Assembly (NCBI GenBank): GCA_964611625.1
Contig: CAZTAM010000004.1
Span: 81,138 to 145,137 of the forward strand
From: an uncultured Nitrospiraceae bacterium
GTDB taxonomy: Bacteria > Nitrospirota > 9FT-COMBO-42-15 > HDB-SIOI813
Reading direction: 5' to 3'
Length of the DNA stretch: 64,000 nt
The translations under genes and the position numbers were made by a program. The notes beneath the pieces were generated by a model. It saw only the letters and a list, made by a program, of their open reading frames with translations. It searched no databases and was not told where the DNA came from. Shown in pieces: positions 19,374-30,098 of this stretch (within the stretch, counting starts at the first letter, position 1; every line of letters begins with the position of its first letter).

Positions 19374-22220
19374 ATGAGCAACAAGTATCTCATCATCCAG
19401 GGCGCAAGGCAAAATAATCTAAAGAATATCAATCTTTCTATCCCTCACAATAAGGTAACTGTAATAACAGGGTTAAGCGGGTCAGGCAAGTCCTCACTCG
19501 CGTTTGATACAATATTTGCAGAGGGTCAGTGGCGCTATATCGAGTCACTCTCGACATATACGCGGATGTTCATAGACAAGATAGACAGGCCTGATGTCGA
19601 TGTTATACGAAATATCAGGCCTGCTATAGCCATCGAGCAGAAGAATCCTGTCAGGTCTTCACGGTCAACTGTCGGGACTGCAACCGAAATCTATGACTAC
19701 CTGAGGCTTCTATTTTCCAAGATAGGCAGAGTTGAATGCCCGGGGTGCGGCAGCAGCGTAAAGTCATATAGCCCTTCCGATGTGGTAAAAGAGCTGATGA
19801 AGGATTATGAAGGCCAGAGGGCATACATACTCACGCCCGTTATCATCCCGGATAAGAACGCTCCAACTGCTAAAGGCAAGAAAACAGGAAAAGACAAGAA
19901 CAGTGCATCGAAAAAAGAAGCGTTAAGCACCCTCCTTGGGAATCTTGCCCAAAGGGGTTTTTTCAGGTTCAAGTCAGGAAACGATATATTCAATATCCCG
20001 GGTGAGCTCCCGCCGGATATAGATGATCATTATTCCAGAGGCGATATCTATACCGTCATTGACCGTATATCTGTGAATACGCATGGCCGCAGGAGGATAT
20101 CTGATTCTGTTGAACTTGCATTCAGGGAGGGAAGGGGAAGCATACTGATAGATGTCATAGGACGTGAAACCCTGAGATTCGACACTAAATTCAAGTGCCA
20201 TCAATGTGACAGGATTTTTGTGAAACCCGAGCCGCTGCTCTTCTCCTTCAATCATCCTACAGGCGCTTGCACTCAGTGTAAGGGATTTGGAGATATTCTC
20301 CAGTATGATGAAGACCTGATTATCCCCGATAAAAATCTGACCCTGGAAGAGGGAGCTATTGAACCATGGACCAAGCCTGCTTATATCCGCTGGCAGAATC
20401 AGCTTCTCTCAGCATCTGAAAAATATGGCATAGACACATGCAAACCTTTCAACCAGTTTTCACCGGAAGAGAAGGATAAGATATTCAATGGCAATCGTGA
20501 TTATGATGGAATAAATGACTTCTTCTCATATCTTGAGGGTAAGCGTTATAAACTTCATGTAAGGGTATTCATCAGCCGTTACAGAAGCCCTTTCAAATGT
20601 CCATCCTGCAAAGGAACACGGCTAAGACCCGAGGCCCTGCATGTCAGGATAAAAGAAGCCGGTTCGGGTGCCGGGATGAACATACATGAGCTGTGCAGTA
20701 TGCCGGTAAGCGACCTTCACAGACGGTTCTCATCTTTGACACTGACACCATATGATCAGGAGGTAGCAGCAGATATTATAAAACAGATAGAGTCGAAGAC
20801 CGGTTTCATCCTTAAGATAGGCCTTGACTATCTTACACTGAATCGCCAGACAAGAACGCTTTCCGGCGGGGAGTCTCAGAGGATCAATCTCTCAAACCAG
20901 CTTGGTTCAAGGCTTGTAGGAACCCTTTACGTCCTTGATGAACCAAGCATTGGGCTTCATGCAAGGGATACAAACAGGCTTGTGGAAATAGTAAGGGAAA
21001 TAGCCTCAGCCGGGAATACGGTGATTGTCGTTGAACATGATAAGACAATGATCGAATCAGGAGACCACGCTATTGAATTGGGACCTGGCGGCGGCGAAAA
21101 CGGCGGTGAAGTGGTTTTCTCGGACCAGATTGATAAGTTTATTGACTCTGACTGCCTCACGGCCCGGTATCTCAGAGGAGAACAGCATATACCAGTACCG
21201 GACATAAGAAGGACTGGAAGCGGAAAGATACTTACGCTGAATGGGGCAAAGGAACATAACCTGAAGGATATAACGCTGAAGATTCCACTGCGTACCCTCA
21301 CCTGCATCACCGGTGTTTCCGGTTCAGGAAAAAGCACATTGATACAGGATACCCTCTACAGGGCGCTCGCAAGAGTTTTCAGAATCGGTTTTGACAAGAT
21401 GGGGAAGTTTGAAAGACTTTATGGTGCGGAATACCTTCGGGGCGTGAAACTTATTGACCAGAAGCCTATAGGTAAGACGCCAAGGTCCAATCCCATCACT
21501 TACATAAAGGAGTTTGATGTTATCAGAAAGTTATTTGCATCAGAGAGAGAGGCAAAGATAGCAGGGCTTTCTCCATCATCGTTTTCATTTAATACCTCTG
21601 GCGGGCGGTGCGAGACATGCCAGGGGAGCGGGTATCAGCGTCTTGAGATGTATTTCTTTGAAGATCTCTACGTTACATGCGATAAGTGCGAGGGACATAG
21701 ATACAGGCCCGAGGTCCTTAAGATAAAATATAAGGGGAAGAATATAAGCGAAGTACTGAAGATGACTATAAGCGAGGCAAGAGGATTCTTTAAAGAAGAA
21801 ACCTCCATCAGAGAAAGCCTGCGCTTACTTGACGATGTGGGACTTGGATATCTGAGGCTCGGACAGCCGGCGACCACACTCTCCGGGGGCGAGGCCCAGC
21901 GATTAAAGATATGCAGTGAGATAAGCAGGAAAGATGCAAGGAATATCCTCTATCTTCTGGATGAACCGACAACAGGATTACACTTTGATGACATCAGAAA
22001 ACTCCTCCATGTCTTCAATCGCCTTGTGGAGAGGGGCAATACTGTAGTTGTCATTGAGCATAACATAGACGTGATAAAGTCTGCAGATTACATAATTGAC
22101 CTCGGACCAGAGGGCGGTGATAACGGCGGAGAGATCGTGGCAGAAGGAACACCTGAAGAAATAGCTGAGTGCGTTAAATCTTATACAGGAAACTTCCTGA
22201 GAGAATACCTGAAAAAATAA
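19374..22220 (+). CDS. uvrA: Excinuclease ABC subunit A
   Basis: Two ABC ATPase modules (GLSGSGKSSL, GVSGSGKSTL), zinc-finger Cys clusters, 948 aa. Confidence 0.95.
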   Translation: MSNKYLIIQGARQNNLKNINLSIPHNKVTVITGLSGSGKSSLAFDTIFAEGQWRYIESLSTYTRMFIDKIDRPDVDVIRNIRPAIAIEQKNPVRSSRSTVGTATEIYDYLRLLFSKIGRVECPGCGSSVKSYSPSDVVKELMKDYEGQRAYILTPVIIPDKNAPTAKGKKTGKDKNSASKKEALSTLLGNLAQRGFFRFKSGNDIFNIPGELPPDIDDHYSRGDIYTVIDRISVNTHGRRRISDSVELAFREGRGSILIDVIGRETLRFDTKFKCHQCDRIFVKPEPLLFSFNHPTGACTQCKGFGDILQYDEDLIIPDKNLTLEEGAIEPWTKPAYIRWQNQLLSASEKYGIDTCKPFNQFSPEEKDKIFNGNRDYDGINDFFSYLEGKRYKLHVRVFISRYRSPFKCPSCKGTRLRPEALHVRIKEAGSGAGMNIHELCSMPVSDLHRRFSSLTLTPYDQEVAADIIKQIESKTGFILKIGLDYLTLNRQTRTLSGGESQRINLSNQLGSRLVGTLYVLDEPSIGLHARDTNRLVEIVREIASAGNTVIVVEHDKTMIESGDHAIELGPGGGENGGEVVFSDQIDKFIDSDCLTARYLRGEQHIPVPDIRRTGSGKILTLNGAKEHNLKDITLKIPLRTLTCITGVSGSGKSTLIQDTLYRALARVFRIGFDKMGKFERLYGAEYLRGVKLIDQKPIGKTPRSNPITYIKEFDVIRKLFASEREAKIAGLSPSSFSFNTSGGRCETCQGSGYQRLEMYFFEDLYVTCDKCEGHRYRPEVLKIKYKGKNISEVLKMTISEARGFFKEETSIRESLRLLDDVGLGYLRLGQPATTLSGGEAQRLKICSEISRKDARNILYLLDEPTTGLHFDDIRKLLHVFNRLVERGNTVVVIEHNIDVIKSADYIIDLGPEGGDNGGEIVAEGTPEEIAECVKSYTGNFLREYLKK

Positions 22221-22290
22221 AACACATACCTATCCGTCCTCCTCAATACCTGCTCACCTTAGGCCTTCTGCCTGTTTAATGAAGAAAACA

Positions 22291-22431
22291 TCAGTGAATG
22301 TAGTAAGAAAGAATTAACATCGCTGCAAACAGAATGCCAGCTATTATGCCGCCTATTATATGTAAATCCCTGTCCTCGTGGCCGAATTCCATCCAGTGGT
22401 AGCCCTGAGGCAGGATATGAAGCCTGCCCAT
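22291..22431 (-). CDS. Small hypothetical membrane protein (46 aa), below the ORF-track length cutoff
   Basis: ATG preceded by a GGGGGTGA Shine-Dalgarno-like stretch. Hydrophobic C-terminal segment GGIIAGILFAAMLILSYYIH. Lies in a 380-nt gap. Confidence 0.3.
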   Translation of the reverse strand: MGRLHILPQGYHWMEFGHEDRDLHIIGGIIAGILFAAMLILSYYIH

Positions 22432-22599
22432 CCTTATCACCCCCTTTCTTTCTTCGATTTCGATGAAGGATTGATTAAAGAGGGCTTTCTGCTCTCTGCC
22501 TGAAATACTACTATTTAATTATATAGCTCAGTTTTTAAGGTTATGCAAGGATTCACTCCGTTCAAAGCATATCAGCGCAGTCGAGAGTCGGCCTGCTAT

Positions 22600-23580
22600 T
22601 CAACGCTGCCCAATAAGCTTATCGCGATTGTGCGGTGAGTTAAAATCAATTTCAGGCCCTACCGGGACTATCCCCGTGGGATTGATATCAGTATGAGTTA
22701 TATAATAGTGCCGCTTGATGTGATTAAAATTAACCGTCTCTGAGATTCCTTCATACTGATACAACTCCCTTAAGTATCCCCAGAGGTTTGGATAATCAAC
22801 GATCCTCCGGATGCTGCACTTAAAGTGGCTGAAATAGACCGCATCAAAGCGTATTAGTGTGGGAAACAATCTCCAGTCGGATTCTGTCATATTATTGCCC
22901 ACAAGGTATCTGTTTGTCCTGAGACGCTTCTCAATCTCGTCAAGTGCCTTGAACAGTTTCAGGACTTCCAGTTCGTATGTATTCTGTATGACTGCAAAAC
23001 CTGCCCTGTATACTCCATCATTTACATTTATATAAATAAAATCATTGATCTCATCAATCTCTGCACGGAGTGCCTCGGGGTATAAATCGAGATTGTTTTT
23101 TGCGAACTTATTGAATTCACTGTTAAACATGCGCATGATATCATCATCGGCGTTTGAGACAATCCTGCGCGTTTTCTTATCCCAGAGGACAGGTACTGTG
23201 ACTCTCGCGTCGTAATGAGGATTCGAGGCCATATACGCCTCACTTAAAAACTGAAAACCGTTTACCACGTCCTCGCTGCACCCCGGACCATTTCGAAACG
23301 CCCATCCACGCTCATCACGAATCGGGTCAACAACTGTCATGCCAATGACATCTTCGAGCCTTCTTAACCTGCGCATTATGATTGTACGGTGGGCCCACGG
23401 GCAGGCAAGGGACACATATAGATGATAACGGCCTTTTTCAGCAGGATAACCTTTTGATCCGTCGCACGTTACCCATCCCCGAAACTGGTCTTCCTGCCTG
23501 ACAAATCCACCTTCTTCACTTCGTTCCTTCGGGAATATCATCTGACTGTCCTCGTCTCTGCAAGAAGTATTAAATAGCAA
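22600..23580 (-). CDS. Xi-class glutathione transferase / glutathionyl-hydroquinone reductase (YqjG-like)
   Basis: YHLYVSLACPWAHR active-site motif characteristic of the Xi GST family. Confidence 0.8.
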   Translation of the reverse strand: MLFNTSCRDEDSQMIFPKERSEEGGFVRQEDQFRGWVTCDGSKGYPAEKGRYHLYVSLACPWAHRTIIMRRLRRLEDVIGMTVVDPIRDERGWAFRNGPGCSEDVVNGFQFLSEAYMASNPHYDARVTVPVLWDKKTRRIVSNADDDIMRMFNSEFNKFAKNNLDLYPEALRAEIDEINDFIYINVNDGVYRAGFAVIQNTYELEVLKLFKALDEIEKRLRTNRYLVGNNMTESDWRLFPTLIRFDAVYFSHFKCSIRRIVDYPNLWGYLRELYQYEGISETVNFNHIKRHYYITHTDINPTGIVPVGPEIDFNSPHNRDKLIGQR

Positions 23581-23682
23581 ACGGGATTGAAAGGTTTGTT
23601 AATTTATTATAACACCTTCTCAATCTTACAGTAAACACAGGCAGTACAACTCAGTTAATACATCTGGTGATTAATTCTAATA

Positions 23683-24702
23683 TCAGTCATAACCCTCCCC
23701 ATGCATCACAACTTTTCCCTTAAATACTCGGTTAATAAATACTGCATACACTGATATCACCGGAAGGGAAATCAGTGTAATAATCAACATAACTTTTAAT
23801 GTGTAAGGGCCTGCTGATGCATTATAGGCAGTCAGACTGTAAAGCTGGTTAATACTTGACGGGACCATATCCGGAAACAGGCTTAACCCAATTAAACCCA
23901 TTATTGAGGCTATCATCACTGCTGATGATGAAAATGCCCTGCCATGTCGTCCTCTTCTGTTTGCATACGGTATATAAAAAAGTGCTGCAAGATTTATTAC
24001 CGCAAGAAGGATTGACAATGGTTTATTTACCAGGTTCTCATACAAGGCCGGCAACGTGTATATCGTCACGGCGACTGCAGCAGCGTAGAGGATTACAAAG
24101 ACTGCCCATGTAATAAACATATATCCCTTTAATCTGCCAATATAGCCATCATCAGCCTTTAACGTCATATAAACCGCACCGTGCATTGCTGATAGTGTCA
24201 GGACAAGTAAACCAATCATAAGAGCGTATGGATTGAAGAGAGTTACGGAAAGGCCGGCAACAGCCTGCTCCTCATTAACAGGCAGCCCCTGCAGGATATT
24301 GCCAAGCATGATACCAAACAACAGGGCTGCCGAAAGACTGCCGACGCCAAAACACCAATCCCAGAACCTCTTCCACGATTCGGATATTAACTTATTTCGA
24401 ATCTCAATAGACATGGCCCTTAATATTAATGAGAAAAGGAGCAGGAAGACCAGGATATAAAATGCACTCAGGACTGTGGCGTAGACAACTGGAAATACAG
24501 CGAACAGGGATCCGCCGCCTGCTATAAGCCAGACCTCATTGCCATCCCAGAGCGGTCCGATAGCGCTCATATTAACACGCCTCTCATGTTCATCGCGCGC
24601 GAAAAGATGTAAAAAACCAACTCCTAAATCATACCCATCAAGTATGGCGTAAACTGTGATAAACAGGCCAATCAGCAGATACCATATCATGTTCAGATCC
24701 AC
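23683..24702 (-). CDS. cydB: Cytochrome bd ubiquinol oxidase subunit II
   Basis: CydB N-terminus (ILDGYDLGVG) and a polytopic membrane body. Overlaps cydA by 10 nt. Confidence 0.85.
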   Translation of the reverse strand: MDLNMIWYLLIGLFITVYAILDGYDLGVGFLHLFARDEHERRVNMSAIGPLWDGNEVWLIAGGGSLFAVFPVVYATVLSAFYILVFLLLFSLILRAMSIEIRNKLISESWKRFWDWCFGVGSLSAALLFGIMLGNILQGLPVNEEQAVAGLSVTLFNPYALMIGLLVLTLSAMHGAVYMTLKADDGYIGRLKGYMFITWAVFVILYAAAVAVTIYTLPALYENLVNKPLSILLAVINLAALFYIPYANRRGRHGRAFSSSAVMIASIMGLIGLSLFPDMVPSSINQLYSLTAYNASAGPYTLKVMLIITLISLPVISVYAVFINRVFKGKVVMHGEGYD

Positions 24703-26000
24703 TTATTTATCTCCCTCCTTACAAGATAAAAATATAATCCGCCAATTAATGTATACAGAATTACAAACATTGCAAGAGTAAACATTACATCAGCAGCAGG
24801 CAAATTAAGTGACGCCCCGTCTGTTGTTTTCATGACCCTGTAAATAATCCAGGGCTGGCGCCCTACCTCTGCGGCGATCCATCCAAGCTGTGAGGCAATA
24901 ATCGGAAGGGGGACAGACCACACAAGTAACCGCAGGAAATTCTTTGAATCAAATAATCTCCCCATATAAAGTTTAATTACGCCATAGAGGGTCAGAACAA
25001 TAAAAAACATGCCAAGTATCACCATGGTTCGAAACGCAATAAACGGTATCAGCCTTGGGGGCAGCTCATCAGGCGGAAAATCTTTCATACCCCTGATGGT
25101 TGCACCTGAATCACCAAATGTAATAAGGCTCAAAAGGCCGGGGATCTTTACCGCCCACCTGATTTCAGAATGCCCATCCCCCGGAATACCAAATAAAACA
25201 AATGGTGCATATGACATAGTCTCTTCTACAGCTTCAAGTACTGCAAATTTCTCAGGCTGTGTAAGGGCAACCTGCTTTGCATGTTCATGACCAAAAGGAA
25301 TGACCTGAAGTACAGATAAAATAAGGCCCGCAATGAGGGAGTAACCAAGTAATTTTCCGGCAGCTTCAGCCTTGCTTTTCTTAAGAAGAAGATAAGAGGA
25401 TATCCCTGCCACAAAAAAAGTACCTGTGATGAATGTTGAATCCAGAGTATGAAAATACCGCTGTAATGTTGACGGGTTAAAGATAACCTCACTGAAGTCA
25501 GTCAGGACTACCCTTCCATTCTCAATCACAAATCCTGCGGGTGTCTGCTGCCACGAGTTTGCCGCGAGTATCCAGAATGCAGAAATAGTAGAGGCTGCCG
25601 CAACCAGAAAGATGGAAAGCAGGTGAATTTTCCTGGACACCCTGTTCCTGCCGAATATATACAGGCCGAGAAAGGAAGCTTCTATAAAAAAGGCAACAAT
25701 CCCTTCTGCCGCAAGCAATGGACCAAATACGTCTCCGGAGAACTTTGAATACTCTGCCCAGTTCATGCCTATCTGGAATTCCATGACAATACCAGTAACA
25801 GTCCCTGTTACAAAAGTAATGGCAAAGATCTTACTGAAAAACTTTGCGGCCGCAAGATACGCCTCGCCATCTTTTCTTCTCCAGGCAAGCAGCTCAATGG
25901 CTACAAGCCACCAGGCCAATCCGATGCTTATTGACACAAAGATAAAGTGAAATGAGATCGTCAGAAAGAATTGCAGGCGGGACAATAAAACAACATCCAA
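24693..26000 (-). CDS. cydA: Cytochrome bd ubiquinol oxidase subunit I
   Basis: CydA N-terminus (SRLQFFLTISFHFIF), Q-loop region, 435 aa. Confidence 0.88.
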   Translation of the reverse strand: MDVVLLSRLQFFLTISFHFIFVSISIGLAWWLVAIELLAWRRKDGEAYLAAAKFFSKIFAITFVTGTVTGIVMEFQIGMNWAEYSKFSGDVFGPLLAAEGIVAFFIEASFLGLYIFGRNRVSRKIHLLSIFLVAAASTISAFWILAANSWQQTPAGFVIENGRVVLTDFSEVIFNPSTLQRYFHTLDSTFITGTFFVAGISSYLLLKKSKAEAAGKLLGYSLIAGLILSVLQVIPFGHEHAKQVALTQPEKFAVLEAVEETMSYAPFVLFGIPGDGHSEIRWAVKIPGLLSLITFGDSGATIRGMKDFPPDELPPRLIPFIAFRTMVILGMFFIVLTLYGVIKLYMGRLFDSKNFLRLLVWSVPLPIIASQLGWIAAEVGRQPWIIYRVMKTTDGASLNLPAADVMFTLAMFVILYTLIGGLYFYLVRREINKWI

Positions 26001-26178
26001 ATATTTTTCTCCTGTATAATTACATCACTTTTATAACATACCCGTGATATTTACTCAAACGAGTTATAAACCTGCCGGGGACCTGATCGCAATTCAGGAA
26101 ATAAAGTCAGGACTCTGTTTAATTTCAAAGATGGAAATTTGAATATTCCATATTAGAAATGGTATTATAAGTTCTGTC

Positions 26179-26538
26179 ATGCCCATATATGAATACAGAT
26201 GCAATACCTGCCGGAAAAAGGTGACTGTCCTCATTTTAAACCGCTCCCCTCAGGCGCCTGTCTGCAGTCACTGCGGCAGCAATGAGCTAACGCGGCTTAT
26301 CTCGAGGTTTGCTGCGCCCAAGTCTGAAGAGGCAAGGCTTGAATCACTGGCTGATCCAGGCAAATGGGGTGATATAGATGAAAACGACCCTGCCAGCATG
26401 GCGAAATTCATGAAAAAGATGGGCAGGGAATTTGGTGATGAACTTGGAGAGGACTTTGAGCAGGAGGTAGAATCAGCAGTGGAAGAGGCATCGAAATCAG
26501 AAGACGGCACTGCTGAAACATCCCCTCCGGACTTATGA
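26179..26538 (+). CDS. FmdB-family zinc-ribbon protein with acidic tail
   Basis: MPIYEYRCNTC...CSHCGS motif. Confidence 0.7.
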   Translation: MPIYEYRCNTCRKKVTVLILNRSPQAPVCSHCGSNELTRLISRFAAPKSEEARLESLADPGKWGDIDENDPASMAKFMKKMGREFGDELGEDFEQEVESAVEEASKSEDGTAETSPPDL

Positions 26539-26539
26539 A

Positions 26540-27556
26540 GTGCAAACAGCCCTCCACATGAAACCCCTCTTACATTCCTCTCTGATAAACGGACCTTTTG
26601 ATGACCCTGGCCTGTTTATTGATATAATGTGGGAAAAGCGCGCCCTGTTGTTTGATGCCGGGGATGTCTCGCGGCTTAATGCATCGCAATTACTGAAGGT
26701 TTCTGATGTCTTTATTTCGCATACCCATATGGACCACTTCATTGGATTTGACAACATCTTAAGGACTGTCCTGAACCGTGATAAGACCTTGCGGATATAC
26801 GGTCCATCCGGGATAACTGACTGTATTGAGGGCAAATTGAGAGGTTATACATGGAACCTTACGGAAGAATATCCTTTCATACTAAACGTCACCGAGGTAA
26901 CTACAGCAATATTGAAGATCTCTGAATTTAGGGCTTGTGATGGCTTCCAAAGGCATGATCTTGGGAACATCCCCTTTACCGGTATTTTATTAGAGGAGGA
27001 TATGTTCTCTGTATGTTGCTCACCCCTTGACCATAAGATAACCTCGCTTGCATTTGCCCTGAAAGAAAGGTTTCATATCAATATAAACAGGGATAAACTT
27101 GACAAACTGAACCTTCCGGCCGGTTCCTGGCTTAGAAGGTTCAAACAGGCACTGTGGGAAGGCGCTCCTGATGATGAGAGTTTTGAGGTGACATGGAGTG
27201 ATGATGCAGAGGGCGGGGAGATATTTTCTTTATCTGAATTAAAAGAGGAGATAGCGGTTATAACAGATGGACAGAAGCTGTCATATATAGTTGACGCAGT
27301 CTATAACAGCGATAATGAAGAAAAGATTGTAGAACTGTCCAGGGACTCAGATATCATGTATTGTGAAGCGGCTTTTCTTGATAAAGACATGGAGGCTGCA
27401 TCAGAACGTTTTCATCTTACTGCAAGGCAGGCAGGCGCTCTGGCAAGAAAGGCAGGGGTAAAAGAACTGGTTGTCTTTCATTTTTCGCCGCGGTACACAG
27501 ACGAACCAGATGAATTATACAAAGAGGCCCAGCAGGCATTCCGGGGCGGGATATAA
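26540..27556 (+). CDS. MBL-fold metallo-hydrolase (RNase Z-like)
   Basis: HTHMDH motif; C-terminal VFHFSPRY. Confidence 0.65.
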   Translation: MQTALHMKPLLHSSLINGPFDDPGLFIDIMWEKRALLFDAGDVSRLNASQLLKVSDVFISHTHMDHFIGFDNILRTVLNRDKTLRIYGPSGITDCIEGKLRGYTWNLTEEYPFILNVTEVTTAILKISEFRACDGFQRHDLGNIPFTGILLEEDMFSVCCSPLDHKITSLAFALKERFHININRDKLDKLNLPAGSWLRRFKQALWEGAPDDESFEVTWSDDAEGGEIFSLSELKEEIAVITDGQKLSYIVDAVYNSDNEEKIVELSRDSDIMYCEAAFLDKDMEAASERFHLTARQAGALARKAGVKELVVFHFSPRYTDEPDELYKEAQQAFRGGI

Positions 27557-27583
27557 TGCACCCACCCTGGCCATTTATCTCTA

Positions 27584-28312
27584 TTATCTGATTTTGCGGT
27601 TTTTGAATACCGGGACATCCATCTGTTCATTGAAACGGTCTCCCACACCTTCCAGGAGGTGACCAAACTTCTTTTCTTTCGTCTCAAGATAGAAACGGTT
27701 GTATTTATTTGGCTGGATAATTAATGGTATACGTTCTGTCACATTAACACCATACTGTTGAAGTTCCGCAATCTTCCGGGGATTGTTAGTCATAAGACGG
27801 ACAGATTTAATCCTGAGGGAATGTATGATATGAGCGGCAATACTATATTCTCTTTCATCATCATGAAAACCAAGCGCTAAATTAGCCTCCTTAGTATCAA
27901 GTCCATCTTCCTGAAGCGCATAAGCCTTTATTTTGTTTACGAATCCAATACCGCGTCCTTCCTGCCTCAGGTATATCAACACCCCCATCTTCATCCTGCC
28001 TAAAGTCCGGAGTGCCGTAAGGAGCTGGTCATGGCAGTCACACCTCAGTGAACCAAACACATCTCCTGTTACACACTCTGAATGGAGTCTGACAACCACT
28101 TCTTCGTGATCCACGACATTCCCGTGAATAAGGGCTCCGTGTTCCTTGCTATCCCGGTTATTTAAAAATGCCGCAACCTGAAACTGTCCATATCTTGATG
28201 GAAGATTAGCTATGGCCTCTATCCTTACACATATCTTGTCACGACCGACTCCACAGCATTCATGGTCTTTATTCTCATCGAGAAGGTCTTTGATTTCTTT
28301 TTTTGTCATCAT
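27584..28312 (-). CDS. ribA: GTP cyclohydrolase II
   Basis: RLHSECVTGDVFGSLRCDCHDQL zinc-site motif and the downstream GCHII core. Confidence 0.8.
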   Translation of the reverse strand: MMTKKEIKDLLDENKDHECCGVGRDKICVRIEAIANLPSRYGQFQVAAFLNNRDSKEHGALIHGNVVDHEEVVVRLHSECVTGDVFGSLRCDCHDQLLTALRTLGRMKMGVLIYLRQEGRGIGFVNKIKAYALQEDGLDTKEANLALGFHDDEREYSIAAHIIHSLRIKSVRLMTNNPRKIAELQQYGVNVTERIPLIIQPNKYNRFYLETKEKKFGHLLEGVGDRFNEQMDVPVFKNRKIR

Positions 28313-28315
28313 GCG

Positions 28316-29152
28316 TTAGAAAAACGGGTTATGCCCCGCTTCCTCTGCAACTGTAGTAGAAGGACCATGTCCTGGAAATATTCTCACATCTCTATTCAAG
28401 GATAATACTTTACCTCTCACACTTTTTAGCAGTGTGCTGTAGCCGTCCCTGCTGTATGGTCTCCCTACAGAACCTGCAAACAATGTGTCTCCTGAAAAAC
28501 AGTAATCTTCAGTAGTATAGCAGGTACTTCCATTCGTGTGACCTGGTGTGGAAACAGCTCTAATGATGTGTTTACCAGCCTCAAACTCCATGCCATCCTT
28601 TACAATACATTCGTTTACCTTTAAATCATTCGATGCAGCTGCATTTGATTCCCCGTCCGGCACACATACTCTTGCACCGGTTGCATGGACAATCTCCTTT
28701 AATCCGCCAATGTGATCCGAGTGACAGTGCGTCAGGAAAATATATTTTAACCTAAGTGCATTCTCTTTTAAATTCCCTAAGACAGCCCTGCTGTCATTAG
28801 CTGTGTCAAAGACTGCCGCCTCGCCTGCAGCCCTGTCACAGAGGATATAGCCATTTACTTTATAAGTGCCGACATAACCGGTGATAGATATGACATCAGA
28901 TATTGTTCCCTTTGGGCATACCCGAGGATACCACGAACCTTTAGCAATCGAATAGAGCTTCTCCTGATTAAGACCAAGAATTGCAGCAATAGTACCTGCC
29001 TCCATCTCTGAAGGATTGTGCCTGTATGACTCCATCTCTTCCAGTACAGAGACAGATAAACCAGACCTTTCAGCAGCCTGTATTACTGTCAATCCAAGCC
29101 CTGTGCGGGCCTTCTGAATAATATCGCCAAATTCATCTTCTAAAGTTTCCAT
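28316..29152 (-). CDS. HTH (XRE-type) domain fused to an MBL-fold metallo-hydrolase
   Basis: N-terminal helix-turn-helix (ARTGLGLTVIQAAERSGLS); C-terminal THCHSDHIGG metallo-beta-lactamase motif. Confidence 0.65.
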   Translation of the reverse strand: METLEDEFGDIIQKARTGLGLTVIQAAERSGLSVSVLEEMESYRHNPSEMEAGTIAAILGLNQEKLYSIAKGSWYPRVCPKGTISDVISITGYVGTYKVNGYILCDRAAGEAAVFDTANDSRAVLGNLKENALRLKYIFLTHCHSDHIGGLKEIVHATGARVCVPDGESNAAASNDLKVNECIVKDGMEFEAGKHIIRAVSTPGHTNGSTCYTTEDYCFSGDTLFAGSVGRPYSRDGYSTLLKSVRGKVLSLNRDVRIFPGHGPSTTVAEEAGHNPFF

Positions 29153-29172
29153 GATTATCCGGAAAACCCTTC

Positions 29173-29997
29173 CTAACCCTTCTCCTCTCCCTCCTGCCCC
29201 CTTTTTCTCACTTTCCTTGCAGTCGTTATGAAACCAGTATGTGCGACCATCCGGTGATCAGGCCTCACGCTGTTGTCTTCAACATGCCATGTCCTGAGCA
29301 GTGTCTCGCTGGTTTCAATCTCTATAAAATTTCCCGATTCCTTCAATGTCCTTACTGCGGTCGAAACCTGCAGTATGGTAGGAAGATAAGATAGGAAGAT
29401 ACCTCCCTCTCTTAATGAATTTACGGCATGAGGCACGACCCTCCATGGCTCCGGAAGGTCCAGTATAATCCTGTCTACTCCAATCTCCTCTATCCCATTG
29501 TAGATGTCCTGCTCCCTGATTATGAGATTTCCTGTCTTTCCATGATAAAGCTGAATATTCTCAAGCGCCCTTTTGCTAAAATCCTCTCTTAGTTCATAAG
29601 AGATGACTTCCCCGCGATCACCTACAGCCCTCAACAGCGCCATTGTCAATGCGCCCGAACCTATACCAGCCTCAATCACCCTGGCAGCTGGGTATATATC
29701 ACCGGCTATCAGTATCACCCCTATATCTTTAGGGTATATAACCTGAGCACCGCGCGGCATCTTTAGTATATATTCTGAAAGTGTCGGTTTCAGGACAATA
29801 AATCTGCTCCCCCTCGATAATGTAACTGTAGCGCCATCCTCCTGACCAATAATATCATCGTGCGAAATCTTTTCTCCGCTGAACTGAAATACCTTCCCGC
29901 GGCAAAGATTAAGAGGATATTGCCTCCCTTTTCGGTCTATAAAATGAACCCTTTCTCCATCAGTAAACTTCATATCTGCATTATCATAACTTAACAA
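29173..29997 (-). CDS. trmI: tRNA (adenine58-N1)-methyltransferase TrmI
   Basis: Gcd14/TrmI family with the VIEAGIGSGALT SAM motif. Confidence 0.8.
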   Translation of the reverse strand: MLSYDNADMKFTDGERVHFIDRKGRQYPLNLCRGKVFQFSGEKISHDDIIGQEDGATVTLSRGSRFIVLKPTLSEYILKMPRGAQVIYPKDIGVILIAGDIYPAARVIEAGIGSGALTMALLRAVGDRGEVISYELREDFSKRALENIQLYHGKTGNLIIREQDIYNGIEEIGVDRIILDLPEPWRVVPHAVNSLREGGIFLSYLPTILQVSTAVRTLKESGNFIEIETSETLLRTWHVEDNSVRPDHRMVAHTGFITTARKVRKRGQEGEEKG

Positions 29998-30098
29998 TGG
30001 TTTTATTGCAATTATGCGTTACTGTCTCCATAATTGCCTATAACATGGAATTTTGTTACTATAACTGCTGATACTTAAAGAAATACGGGGCATGTGAA

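Noticed and set aside
19805-21877. Several minus-strand ORFs (62-126 aa) within uvrA.
   Set aside because: They are antisense to uvrA and have low-complexity Ser/Pro-rich translations typical of spurious frames.
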